Shown piece by piece: positions 37,727 to 47,569 of a stretch of 64,000 bases of DNA (the first letter of the stretch is position 1; each line of letters begins with the position of its first letter). Origin of the DNA: an uncultured Gammaproteobacteria bacterium. GTDB lineage: Bacteria; Patescibacteriota; Patescibacteriia; SBBC01; CAIJZX01. Location of the stretch: the NCBI GenBank assembly GCA_964518425.1, contig CAZFGG010000002.1, positions 8,453 through 72,452 on the forward strand, read 5' to 3'. The notes beneath the pieces were generated by a model that made no database searches, was not told the DNA's origin, and saw only the letters and a list, made by a program, of their open reading frames with translations. A program made the position numbers and the translations under genes.

Positions 37727-39851
37727 ACTGATTCTCATTACTGGCGGTGCCGGTTTCATCGGGTCGCACCTGACTGATCGACTGATCGAAAGTGGTTATC
37801 GCGTTCGAGTTTTTGATAACCTTGACCCGCAAATTCACCCAGAAGGAAAGCCTGACTATCTTAACCCCGCGGCGGAATTTGTTTTAGGCGACGTGCGCGA
37901 TCGGGATGCGTTGAAAAAAGCTATGGAGGGCATTGACGGAATCTTTCACTTTGCGGCTGCCGTCGGCACCGGCCAATCAATGTACCAAATCGAAAAGTAC
38001 GCTAGCATCAACATTGGGGGGTTATCGAATGTTCTAGATATCCTCGTTGAAACCGGACAGAAACCAAAGATTATTTTCCCTGGCAGCGCCACGAGTTATG
38101 GGGAATGCGCTCACAGCTGTCCAGAACATGGATTGCAGTTCCCTGAACTTCGTCCGATTAGCCAACTTGAGCGCCGCGATTGGGACGTCCACTGTTCAGC
38201 GTGCGGCCGGGTCATGACCCCAGTGCCGATCCCTGAACATCAGCCACTTCGGCCAAAATTTGTTTACGGCATTAATAAGAAAGGTTGCGAGGAACTGCTC
38301 AATGCGGTGGCCGACACCTACACTATCCCATACACCATTCTACGTTTTTTTAATGTCTACGGACCCCGGCAATCGCTGTCCAACCCGTACACCGGTGTCA
38401 TCGCAATTTTTTCTTCCCGCTTAAAAAACGGCGGGGTACCGTTGGTGATCGAAGATGGCCATGAATCGCGCGACTTCATTTCGGTTTTTGATATCGTTGA
38501 AGCTTGCGTTTTATCATTGGAAAATTATAGAGCGAACGGCAAAACATACAACGTCGGCACCGGCCAGCCAGTGGAAATTTTGTCGATGGCGAAGCTCTTG
38601 GTCAAGCTCCACGGCTTGACTATCGAACCAGTGGTCAACGGCGAATTTCGAAAAAATGATTTCCGTCACAGCTTAGCCGATATTTCGGCGATCAGAAACG
38701 ATCTTGGATTCCATCCGAAAATTGATTTCGCCCGGGGCATGGAAGAGCTTTACTCTTGGTCAAAAGACCAGCAATCGACGGATACTTTCAACAAGGCTTA
38801 CGAAGAGATGAAAGAGCGCGGCATTATGTCAAAGCCGGCGGAGCAACCACTGATTGCGGTCGTCACTTTGAATTGGAATGGCTTCAATAAAACCGTCGAG
38901 TGCGTTAAGGCATTGCATGCTTCCGATTACACCCGCCTCAAAATTTTTGTGGTCGATAATGGCTCGAATAATAACGAAGCCGAGCGACTACAAACTCTGT
39001 TCGGCGGCCGGATTGAAGTCATACCAACCGGTAAAAACCTTGGCGTCGCTGGCGGAAATAATGTCGGTTTGAAAAAGGCCTTGGCCGATAAGGACGTGAA
39101 ATACGTCATCATGATGAATAATGACCTGGTAGTTGAGCCGCAAACTGTCCGTCAATTAGCCGCGCCGGCCGAAGTCAATGACAAAATCGGCATGGTTGCC
39201 TCGCGCATGATGAACTATTATCAGCGCAATCTGATCGATAATCTTGGCATCGCGGTCACCACCTCCGGCCTCGGGTACAATCGCAAAAGTGAGTGGTATC
39301 CCCTCTTCTGCCCTTGCTCGGGCTGTGGTTTATACCGGGCTGACGCTTTGCGAAAAATCGCTATGCCTGATGACACGATTTGGGATAATGATTTCTTTGC
39401 CTACGTCGATGAGGTTGACGTCGGTTTTCGCCTACGTCTTCACGGCTACTCAGCCGCCTATAGTTCCGAGGGTGTAGCCTATCACATGGAGGGCGCGACC
39501 TCCGGCGGCGCTACCTCGCCGTTCTCGATTTATCATGGCCATCGGAATAATGTTTGGCTCATTGTTAAAGATTTTCCAACCGCGCTGCTCTGGCGACATA
39601 TCGGCGGTATCTTGGCCACACAATTTGGAACGTTTTTTCTCTATGCCCGTCGCAGAAAATTGGCCTTGATTATTAAAACCAAATTGGACGCTCTTCGAAA
39701 GTTGCCGGTCATGTTGAAGCGCCGATCATATATTCAGCGCTCGAGTATTAGACTGAGTGATCTCGAGTCCGTCATGGTCCAAAAAGTATACCTTTCACCA
39801 GCCGACATGGTTGGACCCCAATCTACCGCAGTTGAAAAAAAAAACTCTTGA
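37719..39851 (+). CDS. Bifunctional fusion: N-terminal NAD-dependent sugar epimerase/dehydratase with Cys4 insertion, C-terminal family 2 glycosyltransferase
   Basis: LILITGGAGFIGSHLTDRL plus YGINKKGCEE (YxxxK). Inserted CAHSCPEHG...CSACGRV. After about residue 370: LIAVVTLNWNGFNKTVECVKAL...FVVDNGSNNNE...MMNNDLVV (GT2 DXD). Confidence 0.75.
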   Translation: MNKLILITGGAGFIGSHLTDRLIESGYRVRVFDNLDPQIHPEGKPDYLNPAAEFVLGDVRDRDALKKAMEGIDGIFHFAAAVGTGQSMYQIEKYASINIGGLSNVLDILVETGQKPKIIFPGSATSYGECAHSCPEHGLQFPELRPISQLERRDWDVHCSACGRVMTPVPIPEHQPLRPKFVYGINKKGCEELLNAVADTYTIPYTILRFFNVYGPRQSLSNPYTGVIAIFSSRLKNGGVPLVIEDGHESRDFISVFDIVEACVLSLENYRANGKTYNVGTGQPVEILSMAKLLVKLHGLTIEPVVNGEFRKNDFRHSLADISAIRNDLGFHPKIDFARGMEELYSWSKDQQSTDTFNKAYEEMKERGIMSKPAEQPLIAVVTLNWNGFNKTVECVKALHASDYTRLKIFVVDNGSNNNEAERLQTLFGGRIEVIPTGKNLGVAGGNNVGLKKALADKDVKYVIMMNNDLVVEPQTVRQLAAPAEVNDKIGMVASRMMNYYQRNLIDNLGIAVTTSGLGYNRKSEWYPLFCPCSGCGLYRADALRKIAMPDDTIWDNDFFAYVDEVDVGFRLRLHGYSAAYSSEGVAYHMEGATSGGATSPFSIYHGHRNNVWLIVKDFPTALLWRHIGGILATQFGTFFLYARRRKLALIIKTKLDALRKLPVMLKRRSYIQRSSIRLSDLESVMVQKVYLSPADMVGPQSTAVEKKNS

Positions 39852-39854
39852 CGA

Positions 39855-40142
39855 TTACAGCCGACGCGACCGACCAAGAACGTACCCTATAGCTCGTTCA
39901 GTTTCCCAATAGAGTAGCGCCCAATATCCAACCTGCAGGGGAAAACCAACCATGATAGACAAAAGAATTTGGTGATCGGTAGAGAGGTGTGCCTCTTGGG
40001 CAACGGCGATTGCACCAAGCATCGGCCAAAAAATCAACCATTTGGCCCAGCCGAGATGGTCAATTGAGTGATCGATCATGACAAAAGCAACGACCCCAAT
40101 GAGTGCCAGGAATTTACTTGGTTGGTGACTAAAGGACTTCAT
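39855..40142 (-). CDS. Small hypothetical membrane protein
   Basis: 95 aa, 3 predicted TM. Start overlaps the stop of the large membrane protein gene. Confidence 0.3.
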   Translation of the reverse strand: MKSFSHQPSKFLALIGVVAFVMIDHSIDHLGWAKWLIFWPMLGAIAVAQEAHLSTDHQILLSIMVGFPLQVGYWALLYWETERAIGYVLGRSRRL

Positions 40143-41637
40143 AGAGTGTAGCGCCTTGGATTTTTTTAACTAGCCGAAAAAACTTTGGTTGATTGAAGGG
40201 CCCTGGATCCAGTCCGATAACATCTTTCGTGGTGCCGTTCGTTTGCCGATCAACGTCGCCCCAATAGACATATTGAATACCATATTTATGACTTAAGGCG
40301 TTGCGTCGGGCAGGGTCAGGCGTTGTGAAAATTTCTAATTTCTCCCCAGCCAAATCTTCGAATCGGTTTTTGGTTACGACGGGGATAAAGTACCCAAATT
40401 TTGACGGCCCAGCGATAATAGTTCCCGCCGGAAGCCTGGTTGACCAAGCAAAAAGCGCGATGTCGGCAGGCGGGATTTGCGTCGCATACAATCCGGGACA
40501 ATTACGAATGTAACATGCTCGTAGCCCATTTTGGTTTTTCAACAACACGGGCAAATAGATAGCCAAAACCATAGTTACAAAAATCAACTTCAGTAATTTC
40601 CATCTAAGCAGCGAGACGGTCTGAGTTAGTCCAAAACCAAAAATAATAATAACCGGGACGATAACAAATTCATTGAAACGATAGGGATAAAACGCGGCAC
40701 CAAAGGTTGTGCTTTGGGATAGAAGGTAAGAAACAAAAAACCAGGAAATGATGATCATCTGCCGCTGATAAAGTACAACCCACGCTCCTAAACACATCAA
40801 TATGAAGAAAGGAACTGTCTGAGGGGAAAATACGATGATCGATTCCAAAGAAAAGTGTAGTGGCTCGACTCCGAACCGTGGAAGTAATCCTGTTGAAGCA
40901 GGGGTCAAGCGAAGATAGAGAAGGGCTAAGACAAAATAGATGATATAGGCAATCGGAATCAAAACTTTTTTTTGATCGGACAACTCACCATATAAGGTTT
41001 TCGTGACAACCACTAAGGTCGTCAACAACATGACCAAAAAAGAGAGAACGTGAGTGAAAAAAAGAAGAATGATCGTCAGTGCTACCAAAACTATTTTTCT
41101 TTTTTGGTGGCTACGGCGATAATCCTCAAGGGCTAAGAAGCCAAGGGCCATAATACCCAGGGCGAATGACTGAGCGACATGGCCGGTCCAATATGAGTTT
41201 CCAAACCAGAAAGATACATAGAGCACAATTAAAGTTGCGAAACAAACAAATAATGAAGGCATTAATCGCCTCAAGAGGAAATAGACAGGCACGGCTGAGA
41301 GAAGGTAAACGATCAAAAAAAACCATTTAGCTATTTGCAAGTTATCTTGCCAGGTCGGCACGAATAGATATATTGCCGCTAAAGTAAAATGGGGGATAAA
41401 TTCACCTGAAATAATACTGCCATAAATCTTTGCACCGCTAGATGGATTTAAGGGCGAGAGTGGGTTGATGTGCCTCGTGACGGCGATAGTTTTAGCTTTG
41501 ATGAGCGTCATCGCCGTATCACAACAGACCGGATACTGGTAGTCCCGACTATAATAAAGACCTAGAGAAAGTAAAACAACTAGTAACAAGAAGATTTCGA
41601 TTATCCAGGTCCACCGATGGGAGAAAGGCGACGTCAT
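40129..41637 (-). CDS. Large polytopic membrane protein with C-terminal extracytoplasmic domain; candidate glycan polymerase or GT-C-type transferase
   Basis: 502 aa, about 12 TM, about 110-aa soluble C-terminal domain. Embedded among GT genes. No confident family assignment. Confidence 0.4.
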   Translation of the reverse strand: MTSPFSHRWTWIIEIFLLLVVLLSLGLYYSRDYQYPVCCDTAMTLIKAKTIAVTRHINPLSPLNPSSGAKIYGSIISGEFIPHFTLAAIYLFVPTWQDNLQIAKWFFLIVYLLSAVPVYFLLRRLMPSLFVCFATLIVLYVSFWFGNSYWTGHVAQSFALGIMALGFLALEDYRRSHQKRKIVLVALTIILLFFTHVLSFLVMLLTTLVVVTKTLYGELSDQKKVLIPIAYIIYFVLALLYLRLTPASTGLLPRFGVEPLHFSLESIIVFSPQTVPFFILMCLGAWVVLYQRQMIIISWFFVSYLLSQSTTFGAAFYPYRFNEFVIVPVIIIFGFGLTQTVSLLRWKLLKLIFVTMVLAIYLPVLLKNQNGLRACYIRNCPGLYATQIPPADIALFAWSTRLPAGTIIAGPSKFGYFIPVVTKNRFEDLAGEKLEIFTTPDPARRNALSHKYGIQYVYWGDVDRQTNGTTKDVIGLDPGPFNQPKFFRLVKKIQGATLYEVL

Positions 41638-42677
41638 GATGGCTTCCTCACCTGGTTCGCTCCCTTGACGATTTGCTGCTCAAGCGCGACAGTGAAAGAT
41701 CGAATGTCTCCGACTGGAACAAGGATATCCTGGTCGCTAGCAATCTCTGGATGTGGCCCAATGTTAAACATGACTGACGGAACACCACAAGCTCGTGCTT
41801 CTACGATCGGTAGGTCATACCCTTCCCAAAGAGTTGTTGTCGCATATACGCTGGCAGCACCATAATGGGCTGGGATATCCTCTTCCGGGACGTATCCGGC
41901 GAAAAAGACATCCGGCGTGGTAAGTGAATCGAGATATCGTCCATAACCTCCGAAGGTTCGCTTCCCAACTATCACCAGTGCAGCGCGGAAAGAAGGATTG
42001 AGTCCTCTAAACGCCTGGATCAACCCCTGAAGGTTTTTATGGGGAGCGATGCGCCCAATGTAGAGGATAATTGGACGATCGCCGAGTTTATACTTCTGAC
42101 GAATTTTTGTTCGATCGACCCCCGGATAGAACATTTTATGATTGTACTCGTCGTATTGAACCTCTGCTTCAATGCCTGTTAACCGCTTCATTTCGCCCTG
42201 TAAATACCGACTAATGCAGACCACGTGATCAGCCTGGCGCAAACTAGAGATCATCAGTCGTTCAAATAACCAAATGTAAACCTTTTCCATCCAGTTTCCC
42301 ATGACACTTGGCGGGGGTACGCCATGATCAAAGTAGGTATACCTTGCGCCATATTTCTTTTTTGCCGCCGCCGCTAACACGGTCAACGGGTATTGATGAC
42401 AAATAACTTCATCGAACTGAGCTAATTGTTTGAGGTGGCCCCGGACGAGCCAGGGGAGGAATGGGTACAGTAATCGAAAGATACGCTGCAAAAAAATACT
42501 TTTGGGCATGCCCAAAATAATAAGACGGTAGTCCGAGGTGGGTTGCATATCCGCTTCAAAGGTAAAGACAACAACTCGGTCGCCGGCGGCGACTCTCTTT
42601 TCGGCCTGATATTGAACCTGTCGTTCAATCCCGCTAAATGCCGAAAACGTGCCCGTCAAAAATGCTACTTTTTTCAT
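41634..42677 (-). CDS. Family 4 glycosyltransferase
   Basis: GT-B C-domain motif (YATTTLWEGYDLPIVEARACGVPSVM). Confidence 0.7.
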   Translation of the reverse strand: MKKVAFLTGTFSAFSGIERQVQYQAEKRVAAGDRVVVFTFEADMQPTSDYRLIILGMPKSIFLQRIFRLLYPFLPWLVRGHLKQLAQFDEVICHQYPLTVLAAAAKKKYGARYTYFDHGVPPPSVMGNWMEKVYIWLFERLMISSLRQADHVVCISRYLQGEMKRLTGIEAEVQYDEYNHKMFYPGVDRTKIRQKYKLGDRPIILYIGRIAPHKNLQGLIQAFRGLNPSFRAALVIVGKRTFGGYGRYLDSLTTPDVFFAGYVPEEDIPAHYGAASVYATTTLWEGYDLPIVEARACGVPSVMFNIGPHPEIASDQDILVPVGDIRSFTVALEQQIVKGANQVRKPS

Positions 42678-43855
42678 GTCTGAGGCTGTTGAGCGGAATG
42701 TAGGATTTTTTTCTGTGCGAAGAGACTATTGAGCAGGGTATTGAATGCGGCAATCATTTTTACTCGATCAAATTCCTGGGCTCGTTCTTGTCCAGCTCGG
42801 CTGGCTGCTTCGCGGGCACTAGGGTCGGTTAGGTATACAACCAACCCTCTAACCAGCGCCTGCGTGTCTTCAACGGGGTATAATAGGCCGCCTTGGCCAT
42901 TGTTCGTCACCTCTCGCGTCGGAGCGATGTCTGAGCTGACATAAGGTGTCCCACAAGCCATTGCTTCGGCAGTCACTAACCCAAATCCCTCAACGGACGT
43001 CGGGAAGCTGAACACCGTTGCTCCCTTGATTGCTGCCAACACCGCAAGATACTCAGGTACAAATCCACGCCACTCGATGAATTGATCTAGACCCAAAGAC
43101 GTGGCTAACGTTTTTAGGCCTTTTTCTTCTGGCCCTGAACCGATAATCACTAGTTGGGCATCGATGCCCGATTTTCGAACTTCTACCAAAGCACGCAAAA
43201 GATTATCGACTCGCTTATATTGTACCAGTCGGGAAACAGTAATGATCGTTGGGCGTGAGAATTTTTCCGGCGTAACTCGATGGCATTGTTCCACATCAAT
43301 ACCATTATAGACTACATCAATTTGCTTTGGCGCTACATTGAAACGAATGAGTTTGTCCCTGGTGACCTTACTATTAGCAGCGTAGTGCCCCCAAAGCTGT
43401 CGTAGTGTTATCCGTTCGATTACTTCTCCGACAAGACCCATGATGAGTCCAACATTTTTTATCCACTCCCCGATCCACACGTCGTGATAGGTTAATATCG
43501 TTTTTAAGCGCCAGGCAGAAGAAAGTGTTAAAGCGATCGTGTACCCTCCAAAATTCTCTGCGATTAATACGTCGGGGTGTTGGGTCAAGGTAAACGACCG
43601 AGCAGCCATAAGATACCGAGCGCGATTGATCAACCCTCCTCCCTGTCGATAGTGACTCCTCGGTCCCGGACGAACAACTCGCACCTTACCAATATGATCA
43701 TCGAACGCCGTGTCTTGTTCTCGCTCAGCTACGACCGTGACCTCATGCTTTTCCGCCAACCCTTGAGTCATCACAAACGTTCGTAACTCAACGCCGCCGC
43801 GAACATCGGCGTCGGTATTCGTCGGATAAAATTCAGTCAGGAACAACAATCTCAT
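42674..43855 (-). CDS. Family 4 glycosyltransferase
   Basis: EGFGLVTAEAMACGTPYVSSDIAPTREV (E-x7-E). Confidence 0.75.
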   Translation of the reverse strand: MRLLFLTEFYPTNTDADVRGGVELRTFVMTQGLAEKHEVTVVAEREQDTAFDDHIGKVRVVRPGPRSHYRQGGGLINRARYLMAARSFTLTQHPDVLIAENFGGYTIALTLSSAWRLKTILTYHDVWIGEWIKNVGLIMGLVGEVIERITLRQLWGHYAANSKVTRDKLIRFNVAPKQIDVVYNGIDVEQCHRVTPEKFSRPTIITVSRLVQYKRVDNLLRALVEVRKSGIDAQLVIIGSGPEEKGLKTLATSLGLDQFIEWRGFVPEYLAVLAAIKGATVFSFPTSVEGFGLVTAEAMACGTPYVSSDIAPTREVTNNGQGGLLYPVEDTQALVRGLVVYLTDPSAREAASRAGQERAQEFDRVKMIAAFNTLLNSLFAQKKILHSAQQPQT

Positions 43856-44193
43856 TGCACGGGTCGGCTTTTGTCCCCTTCGTGTAGAGTCAAGTTTCTC
43901 ACCAAGCTAGTCAACTCATGCTCAATGAACTCCAATTTGACATAGAGCCGAAACATTCCGTAGAACAACCCAACCACGGAAATGTACACGAGTGCGTCAA
44001 CTCCCCGTCCGATGCCGAGGGTATGCGCGAAGAAGTCCGAAACAGATGGCCACCACACAAACCAACTAATCGCTAACCACAAGAGTGACCAGAGCGACGT
44101 CCCAATGATTCCAATTGCTCCATCACGATAGCGCAACCATACGCGTGAGATGGCGAACAGGACGAAGATACTAACAATAATTTTAATATACAT
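43852..44193 (-). CDS. DUF2304-like small membrane protein paired with the upstream GT2
   Basis: 113 aa, 3-4 TM (MYIKIIVSIFVLFAI...). Conserved pairing with Dpm1-like GT2 genes. Confidence 0.5.
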   Translation of the reverse strand: MYIKIIVSIFVLFAISRVWLRYRDGAIGIIGTSLWSLLWLAISWFVWWPSVSDFFAHTLGIGRGVDALVYISVVGLFYGMFRLYVKLEFIEHELTSLVRNLTLHEGDKSRPVQ

Positions 44194-44195
44194 TC

Positions 44196-44894
44196 CTAAT
44201 GCGTCAGTTTATGCATGAAGATTTTGAAAGCAATACGAAACATTGAGCTAGTCCTTTGCCCCTTCCCGCGAGAGTAATAACTATAGGTAATGGTTACGGG
44301 AACCTCCTGGTAACGCAGTTTATGACGCACAATTTCATCGAGAATCTCTGATGCATGGGCCATCCGATCCTGGGCGATCCGAATTTTTTCGGCTGCGAAA
44401 CGATTCATGGCACGAAACCCATTGTGCGTATCGGTCACATCTATTCTTGACATAACCCGAGTAAAAACGATGCCTGCGTGCAACGCTAACCTTCGCAGCG
44501 GAGGGACATTCGACCCGTCCTTCAGAAATCGTGAGCCAAGTATGATATCGGCGCTGCCTTTTTCGATGGGCTCGAGCATTGATGCGATCTCACGAGGATC
44601 ATGTTGTCCATCAGCATCAAAAGTAACGATCGCCTCTGCCCCCTGACGCAGGGCATACATAATTCCGGTCTTGAGTGCGGCGCCCTGGCCACGGTTAATA
44701 ATATGTTTAAGCACAACCGCACCTGCAGTTCGTGCCTCCTGAACCGTATTATCCGATGAAGCGTCATCAACGACGACAACGTTAGGGTACAATGCACAGA
44801 CAGCGGCAACGACATGCCCAATGACTTTTCCTTCGTTATATGCTGCTATGACAATCCATGTTTTCATACCAATTCCCTTTTCGCCCAGTTCCAT
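44196..44894 (-). CDS. Family 2 glycosyltransferase, polyprenyl-phosphate sugar synthase (Dpm1/GtrB/ArnC-like)
   Basis: MKTWIVIAAYNEGKVIGHVVAAVCALYPNVVVVDDASSDNT; DAD motif (TFDADGQH). Confidence 0.8.
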   Translation of the reverse strand: MELGEKGIGMKTWIVIAAYNEGKVIGHVVAAVCALYPNVVVVDDASSDNTVQEARTAGAVVLKHIINRGQGAALKTGIMYALRQGAEAIVTFDADGQHDPREIASMLEPIEKGSADIILGSRFLKDGSNVPPLRRLALHAGIVFTRVMSRIDVTDTHNGFRAMNRFAAEKIRIAQDRMAHASEILDEIVRHKLRYQEVPVTITYSYYSRGKGQRTSSMFRIAFKIFMHKLTH

Positions 44895-45790
44895 GTTTCA
44901 AGTAACCCAGTTGACAATGATGTCTTTGGTTCCCATTTTAACTCCTTCTTTGCAAGTTTCGAAGACAAAGCGCTTCTCATTACTTCACCGGCCAAGGGCA
45001 GACGGTGTTCTATTCTTGCCTTTATATTGGACACCTTGACTAAGGCTCTGGCCAAGGCATTGACCGATGTTTGCTTGCTGGTACCAATATGGATTTCACC
45101 ACTACGGGTGGCATTGTCAATCGTCTTCAAGTTGGCCTGTGTCACATCGTCGATATAAACATAATCTCTCGTTTGCCGGCCATTTCCATTAATCAATAAT
45201 GGTTGACGATGAAGCAGGCGCTGGGCAAAAATACTGACTACGCCGGCCTCCCCTTTTGGGTCTTGTCGCGGACCATAGACATTAGCATATCGAAGGCAGA
45301 CATTCTTCATTCCTCGATGAGTCCGATAAAATTGAAGGTATCGTTCGATACTATTTTTGGCAATTCCATAGGGTGATGCTGGTTCCGCCAAAGCGGTTTC
45401 CGGCGTTGGTAACTGAAAATCGTCGCCAAACATCGCTCCGCCGGTTGATGAAAAAATAAATTTCTTCACACGCACCCGGTGACTTTGTTCAATGATATTT
45501 AGTGAGCCGGTGATATTAATATCAGCATCCAGCAACGGATCCTCAACAGATGCGCGAACGTTTTTTTGGGCAGCGAAATGAAAAACGAATTGTGGTTTCA
45601 GTTTTTGCCAAATTTTTTTTACCCGCGTTGAACGGATATCGACAGTCATCAGCTGAGCTTGTGGGTGGACGTTCTTACGGTGCCCGGAAGAGAGATTATC
45701 GACCACGGTTACATGGTGAGATTTCCTAATTAATGCATCAACGAGGTGGGAGCCAATAAAGCCGGCACCCCCCGTAACAATAACTTTAGC
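44864..45790 (-). CDS. NAD-dependent epimerase/dehydratase (UDP-hexose 4-epimerase-like)
   Basis: Likely start MAKVIVTGGAGFIGSHLVD (the track ORF extends to 45856, overlapping UXS). YxxxK (PYGIAKNSIE). Confidence 0.7.
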   Translation of the reverse strand, partial: AKVIVTGGAGFIGSHLVDALIRKSHHVTVVDNLSSGHRKNVHPQAQLMTVDIRSTRVKKIWQKLKPQFVFHFAAQKNVRASVEDPLLDADINITGSLNIIEQSHRVRVKKFIFSSTGGAMFGDDFQLPTPETALAEPASPYGIAKNSIERYLQFYRTHRGMKNVCLRYANVYGPRQDPKGEAGVVSIFAQRLLHRQPLLINGNGRQTRDYVYIDDVTQANLKTIDNATRSGEIHIGTSKQTSVNALARALVKVSNIKARIEHRLPLAGEVMRSALSSKLAKKELKWEPKTSLSTGLLETWNWAKRELV

Positions 45791-46826
45791 CATTATCTTC
45801 TTCTCCGTACCCCATCGTCCCCAACCCGACTGTCCGCAGGCCGCGCATGTAATCAATGGTTCGTTGTAATCCTTCCTGGAGCGGGACGACTGGGAACCAG
45901 CCTAAGATTTCCCGGGCTTGACGGATACTCGGAGTCCCCTGCTTGCTCGTTGAGGCTAGGGGTGGTTCATAGCGGATGTCCGAACGACCGCCGGCAATCG
46001 AGATGACGGTTTGGGCCACCTCCGCGACGGTATGTTCTTCCGGGTTACCAATATTGATTGGCCCCTGTTCACGAGATTGCATCATGCGGATGATCCCTTC
46101 CAAGGCATCAGTGATAAAGCAAAAGGTGCTGATGTCATCGCGATCACCGTGGATGGTAATTGGAATATTTCGTAAGGCGGCGTGAATAAATTCGGGGATC
46201 ATCCGACCATCGGTCAGACGCATCCGCGGTCCATAGGTATTGAAAAGGCGAATAATTTTAGCATCAAGATTGTATTTCTGGCGGTAGGCCACGGTCAGGG
46301 CTTCAGAAAAACGTTTACCCTCTTGATAGGGACTACGTGTTCCAACTGGGTCGACGTACCCCCAGTAGTTTTCCGGAAAAGGTGTCCGTTCAACCGGTTG
46401 GCCATAAATCGAGCCGCTGGAGAGCAGTAAAAACTTCGCGCCGTACTGCTTAGCCATATCTAAAGCATTTTTCGTGCCTAAAGAGTTTGCCAACAAGGTT
46501 TCGACTGGCATGGTCGTGTAATCTTTTGGCGAGGCCGGAGAAGCGAGGTGATAGATTTCCTGAATGCCCTGAAAAGGCACCTGGAAAACCTTCAGCTCTT
46601 TGAGGGCCTCAAGTTGAAGCGGCTGGGAAATGTCTTGCCGGACAAATTCAAAATTCGGGTTCGGCAGGAGGTGGTGAATGTTTTCCTCACGACCAGTGCT
46701 AAAATCATCCAGGCAAATCACTTTATGGTGCTGAACGAGCAGATCACACAAATGCGAACCTAAAAAACCGGCGCCGCCAGTAACGACGATGTTCTTTTTA
46801 TCGAAGGGGGCAGAGCGGACGGTCAC
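45786..46826 (-). CDS. uxs: UDP-glucuronate decarboxylase (UDP-xylose synthase; ArnA C-domain-like)
   Basis: KNIVVTGGAGFLGSHLCDLL...ICLDDFSTGREENI...NFEFVRQDI; YQEGKRFSE. Strongly UXS-like. Confidence 0.8.
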   Translation of the reverse strand: MTVRSAPFDKKNIVVTGGAGFLGSHLCDLLVQHHKVICLDDFSTGREENIHHLLPNPNFEFVRQDISQPLQLEALKELKVFQVPFQGIQEIYHLASPASPKDYTTMPVETLLANSLGTKNALDMAKQYGAKFLLLSSGSIYGQPVERTPFPENYWGYVDPVGTRSPYQEGKRFSEALTVAYRQKYNLDAKIIRLFNTYGPRMRLTDGRMIPEFIHAALRNIPITIHGDRDDISTFCFITDALEGIIRMMQSREQGPINIGNPEEHTVAEVAQTVISIAGGRSDIRYEPPLASTSKQGTPSIRQAREILGWFPVVPLQEGLQRTIDYMRGLRTVGLGTMGYGEEDNG

Positions 46827-47542
46827 GATCGTGGGTATCGTCCGCGCCAGCGATTGAGATGGAGGCTCAGGAGTTCGAACAAAGTAATAGGATAATCAAT
46901 CAAACGAACTTTTGACCGCTCATCGTTCCGCCAGATCACCGGTACTTCCTGAATGCGGAAGCCGAGGAGCCGAGCCAGATACAACAGCTCGAAGTCGTAA
47001 CCGAAACGATTGGTCCGTTGGAGCTGGAAAATCGTGCGAGTCCGCTGGTGGAAGAGCTTGAAGCCACATTGCGTATCGCGAATACCAGGAGCGGCTAAGA
47101 GCTGGATGAAGAGATTTCCGATCTGGCCCAACCAGATTTTCCACCGGGCCTGGGATCGTTGCACGTCTGCGCCCGGGGCACGGCGTGAGCCAATAATGAC
47201 ATCGGCTTGATCGGCCAAGCCGAGCAAGTGGTCAAGCTCTTTAATCGGGGTGGACAGGTCGGCATCGCACAGATAACGCCAGGTCCCCGTCGCGGCCAGC
47301 ATACCAGTCCGGACAGCGGCACCCTTGCCATAGTTATGCGGATGTTGCAGGAGCCGGATACCAGGGTACTGTCGAACGATATCGGCCGTTCCGTCGGTTG
47401 AACCATCGTCAACCACGATGACCTCAGCTGACGGATGGTGGGCGGCGAGGAATGAAAGGACCTTCGGGAGAGAGGCGGGCAACCGTTGAGCCTCGTTGTA
47501 GGCCGGAATAATTATCGACAGGTCCATAACGGTTTCAGCCAA
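46823..47542 (-). CDS. Family 2 glycosyltransferase, polyprenyl-phosphate sugar synthase (ArnC/GtrB-like)
   Basis: MDLSIIIPAYNEAQRLP...VIVVDDGSTDGT; DAD (CDADLSTP). Confidence 0.8.
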   Translation of the reverse strand: MAETVMDLSIIIPAYNEAQRLPASLPKVLSFLAAHHPSAEVIVVDDGSTDGTADIVRQYPGIRLLQHPHNYGKGAAVRTGMLAATGTWRYLCDADLSTPIKELDHLLGLADQADVIIGSRRAPGADVQRSQARWKIWLGQIGNLFIQLLAAPGIRDTQCGFKLFHQRTRTIFQLQRTNRFGYDFELLYLARLLGFRIQEVPVIWRNDERSKVRLIDYPITLFELLSLHLNRWRGRYPRS

Positions 47543-47569
47543 GTCGGCAGGTTTGACTATACAATAAAA

